This document shows, one piece after another, positions 54,876-64,000 of a stretch of DNA of 64,000 nucleotides. The DNA is from Laetmonice hystrix. Its lineage: Eukaryota. The position numbers and the translations under genes are program-made. The stretch spans positions 31,312,001-31,376,000 of the forward strand of contig OZ249436.1 in NCBI GenBank assembly GCA_965235115.1, given 5' to 3'. Each line of letters begins with the position of its first letter. Position 1 is the first letter of the stretch. A model generated the notes under the pieces. The model had not been told where the DNA came from. It saw nothing but the letters and a program-made list of their open reading frames with translations, and did not search any database.

Positions 54876-56607
54876 ACAATATATACAAAATACATCAGTC
54901 ATACCTTATTGGACAAGTAATTACGGTAGAGCTTCTAATGGTTGACGATTAAAGCGATTAGCATCCGCTACTTTAACCAAAGCTTTCATAGCCCTGACCA
55001 TCAACATTATCATTAGCGTTATGACTTTTCTTTAGTTTTTTTCCCCTGAGATAACATCACCGATGACGGTTCTCGGGACAAAGGTTTTCCCAACAACAAC
55101 AACGTTTACTGGCAGCCGAGAGGCGGCACACTCGTGGCACGGAAGATATATCCCCAAAGAAAGGGCGACAGGGCACGCCGCAGCTCTATCTCCTACGTGT
55201 GCGACGGTGACCTCTTTGTAGTATTTCCGCTGACTCAGCAAGTCTAGTAATGAATGGCATGTGCTGGTTATCGACGGGAAGACTTTGCAATGCTGACCAT
55301 AGAGACTCCGCCATACAGCCACGTGTACGTGAAACTAAAAACATGACAACCTGGCAATTCATCAAGGCACAGTGATTTCTCACAATTGTGTACCGAATTC
55401 ATCTCACGCTGTCAGCTTTCAGTCCCTGCGGAGTCCACGAATCTGGCGGGATATGTAAAATGTCGAGGCGCATAAAAGAAAATGTGCGTGAAGTTGTACT
55501 GATCCATACATACATGCGAGCACATAAATCTATAGGCATGCATGTAATCGTGGTAATGTAAAACATGGACGCTTGAAATAAAATGGGAGGTCACATAAAG
55601 ATTCTCCTATTGAAAACCGGGTTATTTTATTTTTTGTAAGCCTATACTCATGGCTTTAAGTCTGTTGAGATTAAAAACACCCTTGGAAACGGAAAACACA
55701 TACAACTGCATCTCCCCGGTGCTTTCCGTCGACAGCGAGGAACAATAAATCAAGAGTGAGCTTCTAGTATTTATGGACACAGTATAGCAACAATGCTTAA
55801 TGAATGCTGTAAAGTTCCATGCAACTCCCTAGTCGGTCGATGTTGTTATAAAACATAACATATGCCTCCTGTATAACATCCAGGCGTGTCGGCCACGCCC
55901 CCATCTCCGTTATTCATGCCTTCAATTTGAGTAAACCTGACCTAGGTGACCCATGGGATTGCTGAGTATATTTATGGTTAATCACTGGGTACCTGGTTTT
56001 GTGCTGCACTCCATAGCACACAAATACCTTACATAATTTAGGTAAATCGGTTTCTACAAGCCACTCGACAACGTGCCGACATTATTATGGCGTATGCATA
56101 CACTACGCATTTTAGCTGACCAAAGCAAGCGCAAAGCCGAGCGAGAATTGTCAGGTATGGATGCACACTTGTGCAGGGTGGATTACAATTTACAATCCCT
56201 CGCTAGATCTGGCCCATCTGCATACAAATGGACCCGGATGACTCCTCCACAGACAGGTGACCCATCTGTAGATGTCATTATCTTAATGCGGCAGAAAGTA
56301 GTGATGACCAATCAGCAGTACACAGCCACTACAAATATACACGCGAATTGTAAATGAAGAAAGTCATTTCTGATCATCATGAACATCCACCGGGATGAAT
56401 TACTAATTACCATACTGAGACTGATTTCAGATGATTAAAATTATGAAACCTTGGATTAAATGACGGTATAGCTACACCAAGAACTGTCCTAGTATCAACA
56501 AATCAACAACCAAGATACAGAACTCATCTCATAATCACTTCTCTCTCACACCCACCCACTCTATCTCTCTCACTATCTCTCCATGTCTCTCACTGCCTCT
56601 CTCTGTC

Positions 56608-56658
<51 letters not shown>

Positions 56659-56707
56659 GTCTCTCTCTGTCTCTCTCTGTCTCTCTCTCTCTCTGTCTCT
56701 CTCTGTC

Positions 56708-56782
<75 letters not shown>

Positions 56783-57317
56783 TCCTCTCTCTGATTACTT
56801 GCGTGGAACTGATTTCTTTTTCTTTGACTGAGAAAAAAGACAGCAGAAATGAGATGGTTTACGGATATAGCTGTAGATTTGAAATTGGGGAATCTTCTTG
56901 ATCGGAAATTAATTCCCGTTTTAAATTATGCCCAGACCGTTATTTGTAGTCAGTCTAATGTCGAACCAAGTCATCCATGCAGTCAGGGGTACACATTGCA
57001 TTAGTTGCTATTACTTTTATTCCTTCATGAACAAACAATAATCAAGCGATTAATTAACCATTGGCCGTAATTGAATTCCTGTATAAAAGTAAGCAAGATC
57101 TGTGTGATAAATAGAGTAGGTGAAAGATATGCCAGTATACGCACTCCTCTAACAAATTCTTGTGCTATAAATACCAGGTTGTGGTTGCCATTGTCCAGGT
57201 TTGTTTATCACACCTCACGCCGATGACTGTACGTCAGTCAATCAGGTGGTGGTGTCCAGGTTTGTTTATCACACCTCACGCCGGTGACTGTACGTCAGTC
57301 AATCAGTTACAGTCAAC

Positions 57318-57790
57318 AGTTTTACCTGTAGACAGTGTGACACCACCAGACATGCTTGGTAGCACCTTGAGTTTATTTGGACAGACAGGACGGTGGAAAT
57401 GGTGTCTTGATAATATGAAATACTGTTCTAGATGGAAAACCTTCTTATGTTTAAGTCGGTGTTCACTTATAATGCTTTGTGATAAAGAACCCACTAAAAT
57501 ACAGCCATGTAGGCAATTGGTTTTGGAGGCGAGACCCTAATTTGTATATAAATGACTGTAACTATGTGGACTTGACGCTGGGTGACGACTGTCGTATGCA
57601 GAACGTCGGTGTCACGTGCCTCATTGTCCATGTTACCCTGATTTTAACATTTTTATTAATATATTGTAATGACATCGACTTGCGGGAAGAAACTATGGAT
57701 GGTCGCCCCATTTGTAGTCCTCCAGACAGGATCTACACCTCCAAGGCTTTGGTTGTCGCCTGTAAAATGTTTTTATCTTACTAAAACAAT
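57318..57790 (+). pseudogene. Second decayed PF03407/GT77-like sequence, antisense within a Kelch-gene intron
   Basis: VLPVDS.. / LLMFKSVFTYNAL [frameshift near 57480] KNPLKYSHVGNWFWRRDPNLYI..VDLTLGDDCRMQNVGVTCL..FL. Confidence 0.4.
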
Positions 57791-58262
57791 GTGGTTGTGT
57801 TGGACACCACTCTGGAGGTCCAGCTTGGTCTCCCCATTATATAAAGCCACGGAACCACCTGTCAAATGTACAGTGAACGGTCACGTCTGAAAGTATCGCT
57901 TAGATAGACTCGGGTCTGTCTCCCATGAACTGGCTGATGGGTCGGAAGGAGCTTGCATGGGTCCACGTTCGGTCGTAGTCTGGCAACACGTGCTGATGGT
58001 TCAAAAACTGACAGTATGATGAGTCCCAAAGTGTCCACTTGGAGCCGGGAGGGTGCAAGGCTGAGAAAAGTGCGATACGACTCTTCTAAAGGGATGTAGC
58101 AATACAACCCGTTCCCCGTCAGTGGGTCGATCTGTGGCATAGATCCGTATGGCGGCTATCATTGGGTTATCACGTGTTGTCTCAGACGCCAGATCTTCGA
58201 ACGGTAGGATGAACGTATCTAGTCGACTAAGACCAAGTTCACTTTTTCCTTTTTTCTCTGTC

Positions 58263-58341
<79 letters not shown>

Positions 58342-59519
58342 TTCTCACTATCTGTCTCTACATCTGTCTCTGTCTCTTTATTTCTCCCTCTCTCTCTTTC
58401 TCTCTCTCACTGTCTCTCTCTATCTCTCACTCTATCTCTCTCTATCTCTTTCACTCTCTTTTTCTCTGTCTCTCCCTCTCTATTGTGCCTCATGTGGGAT
58501 GGCGCCGTGCTCAGTAACTGCCTGGTCTTATAGACAAATCTCTACAACGAATCACCAGTGCCGCATGCCCACTCGACCAACATTCAAAATGGCAACCACT
58601 CTCAGTGTAAAGAGCAGGATAAAATGTTGACTGTGATAAAACACTTCCCAGTCAACTTCACCGGCGTAAAATGAGTAAGTTATTCTAGGCAGTTGCAGGG
58701 CGAGAAAGGAGGACCCCCCCCCCCTCCTCCTCCCCACGTGGCACCTCCCGCACCTAAGTACTGCCCCGAATATTTGGAGCAGACGTGTTTTGTGATGGTG
58801 GCATCTTGAGGTCTCATAGTTAATGGCTGTCACGTGGGGCATAGTCCCTACGCAAAACCTGATATGAACGTTCCTCAACCAATATGGCATTCCGAGAAAA
58901 CCAGGTCAAAGTTCACGATGACCTCCTATTAGCTTCGTATCATGTTGCATCAACAAGATGTCCTGACATAACATAACATAAACTGTCCGTAGCTCTGTAT
59001 AGGTCCGACATGACGTTTCCTGGAAAGTGCTCTTTGTTATCTAGTCAATCTGCTATCAACCTATGCCCTATACGTGATACTGCGTGACGCACGCCTACCC
59101 GACAGCTTCAGTTCTCATTGTTATAATCTCGGAACAAATAAACTAGACAGATGACTTTGGTCGTCTGCAATTACGTACTTTCCGGGGACTTTTCTTATAA
59201 GCAAGCCAACACGTATAGAGTCCAAGTATAGTACCTTTAACAACACATTCACGCCATGTATTGCCATTTATATTTCGTGTATACGCCTCCTGAATTATTC
59301 ACGAATCAAGTTGAAGGTTGGGCCCTTTGTTATGTTTGGCGTTTGAAACGTTGTACCATGGTTTTTGCTTCAAAAACGACCGGAAGATTACAGAATATAC
59401 ACGGATTAGTATTGTAAATCATCAGATGGTTCTTGGCTGGGGAGAGGGGGGGTCAATAGATATTATTTTCAGAGGTGGGGGCACAGAGAAGCTCAATGAT
59501 ACTCCTAAAGAAAACGTAC

Positions 59520-59702
59520 CGACTGCGTAGAGCATGCCGTTGAGAACTCCAAGTTGGAAACTTTCCCTGCGGTGTTTCATTGAAGCGATCTGCAGCCAGC
59601 TGTTAGTTCTCGGGTCAAACCTGAAGGCTGTGTTCAGTGGCGATCTCTGGTCGTTCGTCACCTCGCCCCCGGCAACGTACAGAAAGCCGCCAAGAACGGC
59701 AA
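59520..59702 (-). CDS. Kelch-like protein exon (Kelch repeats)
   Basis: TTCCCTAG acceptor; VAVLGGFLYVAGGE..FRFDPRTNSWLQIASM..GVLNGMLYAV; donor G|GTACG; phase 1/1. Confidence 0.93.
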
Positions 59703-60501
59703 CTAGGGAAAGCAAGCAAAAAAAAGCTCAAGTACACAGGAACGTAACCAGATGGGGGCCTGGAGGTCTGGCCGCCCCCCTGGGTTCAAAGGTCCAGATT
59801 TTTACGAAAAGGGTACCTATTTTGGAGAAGAAATGGGAAAACCAGAATTTTTTTTGTATAATCGCAAGCTTTTCACGGAGGGTTTCTCCTCGAAGTATAC
59901 TAGATTCCATCATGGCGTTCTTTTTATCTTTATTTTTTTTCTTATCAGCTGCGGAAAAAAGTCCATATTTTCCAAGATCTCCACCCCCTCTCGGTGAAGC
60001 ACTTGTTATTACTTTGGCAACAATATAAAAACATATGCACGCGAATGGTTGTTGTTATTAAATTTAAATTTAAAAAAATGAAATCATATTTCATTTATCA
60101 TGCTTTATTTGATCTTATTTATTTATTTTTTTCACCAAGTAGTTTTCCGCAAAGCCTCTTCAGGAGGAAAAAGGGGGAAAGAGATAACAATAAGTGCATG
60201 CCCTTTAGTCTGCACTTTTTATGGCTTTAATAAAACATTTCCAGGCCTATAGAACTACAAGCAACAGAACGGTGAGGTGGATGTCAGGTGGGGGGTTAAC
60301 CATAACCAGAAATTACGGGATATCCCCGCCCCCACTACCACTCCCCCCCCCCCATCCCGACAGTGGCACCCCTGTAACCCAAATACCTCCGTGGTTGAGC
60401 TAAATTTTCAGAGCAATGCCGTTTAGGCGTAGATCCCGGAGCATCATATAATCACATCATAAATCAACAGTTATCATTGGCAGTGTACGAGCCGTCCTTA
60501 C

Positions 60502-60673
60502 CGGCATGGTGGTGGCGTGGTTCATGCATTTCCGTTATTGTTTTCCATTCACTAACATCCGCATCAAGGTAGGATACATCAGCAGAAACGGGATCGCTCT
60601 TCAGTCTTGGAGCTCCGCCGATGGCCAGAAGCACTGTTTTCTTCGCCAGAGTCCTCGGACAGGTCCGCTTTGA
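60502..60673 (-). CDS. Kelch-like protein exon (linker and Kelch repeat 1)
   Basis: TTTACAG acceptor, SKRTCPR..LLAIGG..EWKTITEMHEPRHHHA, donor G|GTAAG; phases 0 and 1 fit the neighbouring exons. Confidence 0.92.
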
Positions 60674-60735
60674 CTGTAAATTAAGCGGCACTTTATTGTG
60701 GTCTGAGCCAAGTGGGCTAAAGGTGATGTTGATAA

Positions 60736-62232
60736 AAGGTAGGACATAAACCTACATTAACAATGTATGGTAGATGATGTCATTATAAGGTAGGACATAA
60801 ACCTACATTAACAATGTATGGTAGATAATGTCATTATAAGGTAGGACATAAACCTACATTAACAATGTATGGTAGATGATGTCATTAGGACATAAACCTA
60901 CATTAACAATGTATGGTAGATGATGTCATTATAAGGTAGGACATAAACCTACATTAACAATGTATGGTAGATAATGTCATTATAAGGTAGGACATAAACC
61001 TACATTAACAATGTATGGTAGATAATGTCATTATAAGGTAGGACATAAACCTACATTAACAATGTATGGTAGATAATGTCATTAGGACATAAACCTACAT
61101 TAACAATGTATGGTAGATGATGTCATTAGGACATAAACCTACATTAACAATGTATGGTAGATGATGTCATTAGGACATAAACCTACATTAACAATGTATG
61201 GTAGATAATGTCATTATAAGGTAGGACATAAACCTACATTAACAATGTATGGTAGATAATGTCATTATAAGGTAGGACATAAACCTACATTAACAATGTA
61301 TGGTAGATGATGTCATTAGGACATAAACCTACATTAACAATGTATGGTAGATAATGTCATTATAAGGTAGGACATAAACCTACATTAACAATGTATGGTA
61401 GATGATGTCATTATAAGGTAGGACATAAACCTACATTAACAATGTATGGTAGATGATGTCATTAGGACATAAACCTACATTAACAATGTATGGTAGATAA
61501 TGTCATTATAAGGTAGGACATAAACCTACATTAACAATGTATGGTAGATGATGTCATTAGGACATAAACCTACATTAACAATGTATGGTAGATGATGTCA
61601 TTATAAGGTAGGACATAAACCTACATTAACAATGTATGGTAGATAATGTCATTATAAGGTAGGACATAAACCTACATTAACAATGTATGGTAGATGATGT
61701 CATTAGGACATAAACCTACATTAACAATGTATGGTAGATAATGTCATTATAAGGTAGGACATAAACCTACATTAACAATGTATGGTAGATGATGTCATTA
61801 GGACATAAACCTACATTAACAATGTATGGTAGATGATGTCATTAGGACATAAACCTACATTAACAATGTATGGTAGATAATGTCATTATAAGGTAGGACA
61901 TAAACCTACATTAACAATGTATGGTAGATGATGTCATTATAAGGTAGGACATAAACCTACATTAACAATGTATGGTAGATGATGTCATTAGGACATAAAC
62001 CTACATTAACAATGTATGGTAGATGATGTCATTATAAGGTAGGACATAAACCTACATTAACAATGTATGGTAGATGATGTCATTATAAGGTAGGACATAA
62101 ACCTACATTAACAATGTATGGTAGATGATGTCATTAGGACATAAACCTACATTAACAATGTATGGTAGATGATGTCATTATAAGGTAGGACATAAACCTA
62201 CATTAACAATGTATGGTAGATGATGTCATTAT
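60736..62232. repeat. Intronic minisatellite with 51-bp and 44-bp unit variants, about 30 copies
   Basis: AGGACATAAACCTACATTAACAATGTATGGTAGAT(G/A)ATGTCATT, with or without ATAAGGT. Confidence 0.98.
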
Positions 62233-63059
62233 TTTCTCGGCGGAGATCAATATAATTTAATGGATTGCTTTTCACTCAGTAATGTGATAGAACGCCCAAG
62301 CAAAGCTTTGCATTAAAAACTGCTTAATCCACAGTTTTGCTTCTCTTAAGATAATGTATCAAAGTGCCAAGCTTTCTCCCTTTTCCTACTAGAGCGGACA
62401 GCTGTGGGGGTCATCTCATAAGCCTAAGGCTCTATTTTATGGCTATACGCAGATCGTGTGGCTTTATTATGAAGGCCAGTGCTTTGCTCGACTGTTTGCA
62501 ATGATTATAGAGAATCATATTCCAGCCCGAAACTGGCTCTATCTGATCCTGACTGCACAGAAATATTATATTCTCACAACGGTGTACTCTAACATACGTC
62601 GTCGATTGATTCGTATATAGCATGCTCTGACTCAATGGTCGGGCGGTCGAAGACGCGGCTCACGTTAAGTAAATTATTGTTTACATTGGTAGTTTCCGCC
62701 TGTCTATATGCAACATGTTTGTGTATATTTGATCTGTTTGACAAGTGTTCGTACACACACTTGGGAACGGGCAGCGAGTAATATCAAAAAGCCGCGCAAA
62801 TTATCTGTATCAGAGGCCGTTTGCTTTAAGAACTACAGTTGCTTCGGTTGTAATGTATTATAATGATGGAAGCCAGGTTTCTTCAACTATCAAGAATTCA
62901 ATTAAACTCACCAGAAAAAAATTCTTTAAAATCTCAAATTCTCAAAAAATGTGCATAAGGACAAAATGTAGCAAGAAGAACCGAGGTCGTCGCCCTGTTG
63001 TGATGGGTCACAGAAAGCCTGAATCCACCGAATCGATTCAAACTTTAGTTTCCACTTAC

Positions 63060-63299
63060 CTGTAGGAGACTTTGTCTTGAAGGTAAGCAGTGGTAATGCA
63101 GTGCCTCTTTGATGAACTGCTGACACTCGGGCACGTCCATCAGGTAGTCGACCGTCTCGACATGGTCGACTATATCGGACGGAGTCAGTAACGGAAGACG
63201 TATGCTTCTCATCAACTTGGCAGCATACTGCAATCGACCCTTCTTGTCGAACTCTATCCACGATATGGCCCTCCGAAATATGTCGAGTTCGCTCGGGGC
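63060..63299 (-). CDS. Kelch-like protein exon (BACK domain); resembles the KLHL9/13/26 group
   Basis: APSELDIFRRAISWIEFD..IRLPLLTPSDIVDHVE..EALHYHCLPSRQSLLQ is a typical BACK-domain segment. Donor CAG|GTAAGT at 63059. The 5' acceptor (AAG at 63300-2) is tentative. Confidence 0.9.
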
Positions 63300-64000
63300 C
63301 TTCATGTAAAATTATCAGATACCAGTATCACACTTTGCGAACGTGTCGTATCTGTCTATCAAGCTATAAATTTCAAGGTGCAGTGCAGTATCAGCAGGCA
63401 AGCAACTATCTGGCTTGCGATAAGAAAACACATTTTTATGCCTTCTTTAATATCTCGTAAACATTTATAAATGAGGCTGTGATATAATTTATAAACAAAA
63501 GGAGCGATGCTATCGGCTATCGTAAGTGTCGCTAGATAGATCGGAGGGGGATAAAAGAAGAGAAAAAAAGAACCTTGTTGCTGGGCATCTTTCAAAATGC
63601 AATGGCAGGCCTGGGAGGGAAAGTCTTCTTCGTTTAACGTCAACTGTGCCTTTGTCAGCATTTCAACACTCAAATTTTCTCAAAGGGAGATCGATCCAAG
63701 AAATCCCTTCAGGGCATTGAGTGAACCTAATTTCGCAAGCACATTTATAACACAGACCAGGGAGGGCCCATGGGGGGTGTAATATACATAGCTTAACAAT
63801 TTCGGCCTGGAGCAATTCATGGGAATCTTCGAGTCGTGTCTCGAAATCTTCGCCCTGCTCCGCCCCCGTTCCAACCCCACTACTCCCACACCCCCGCCTG
63901 GATTACATACTGCCAGGCTGAATGTTATTTACCAGGTATGAGGTTGAGGAGCCTACTATTAAACTACTATCCCCGCCCCTGCAGCAGGAGCAACAGCCGG

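Noticed and set aside
57560..57600. LGDD as an RdRp motif C of an endogenous RNA virus
   Set aside because: No motif A or B at suitable spacing; the context fits a glycosyltransferase-like pattern better.
63359..63673. Further upstream Kelch (BTB) exon
   Set aside because: No BTB/BACK motifs and no good donor site; the upstream exons probably lie outside the window.

Overview
Eukaryotic (invertebrate animal-like) genomic DNA, gene-poor and repeat-rich, with GT-AG spliceosomal introns; nearly all ORF-track entries are spurious. Two genes can be reconstructed by hand. (1) A + strand neurotrophin/spätzle-like cystine-knot growth-factor precursor: exons 16879-17294 and 31196-31607 join in frame across a ~13.9 kb intron. 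(2) The 3' part of a - strand Kelch-like (BACK + Kelch propeller) gene: seven exons from 63299 to 48887, with the BTB end presumably beyond the window. The rest is minisatellite arrays (25-65 bp units), microsatellites, many non-autonomous TIR elements/MITEs (one nested set contains a tRNA-like relic) and decayed coding relics. Two of those relics look like nucleotide-diphospho-sugar (GT77/PF03407-like) glycosyltransferase pseudogenes. All family assignments come from motif recognition by eye; no database search was run. I see no clear evidence of a wholly new system. The best leads are the hybrid neurotrophin/spätzle ligand, its bZIP-site-rich intron and the dispersed glycosyltransferase relics.
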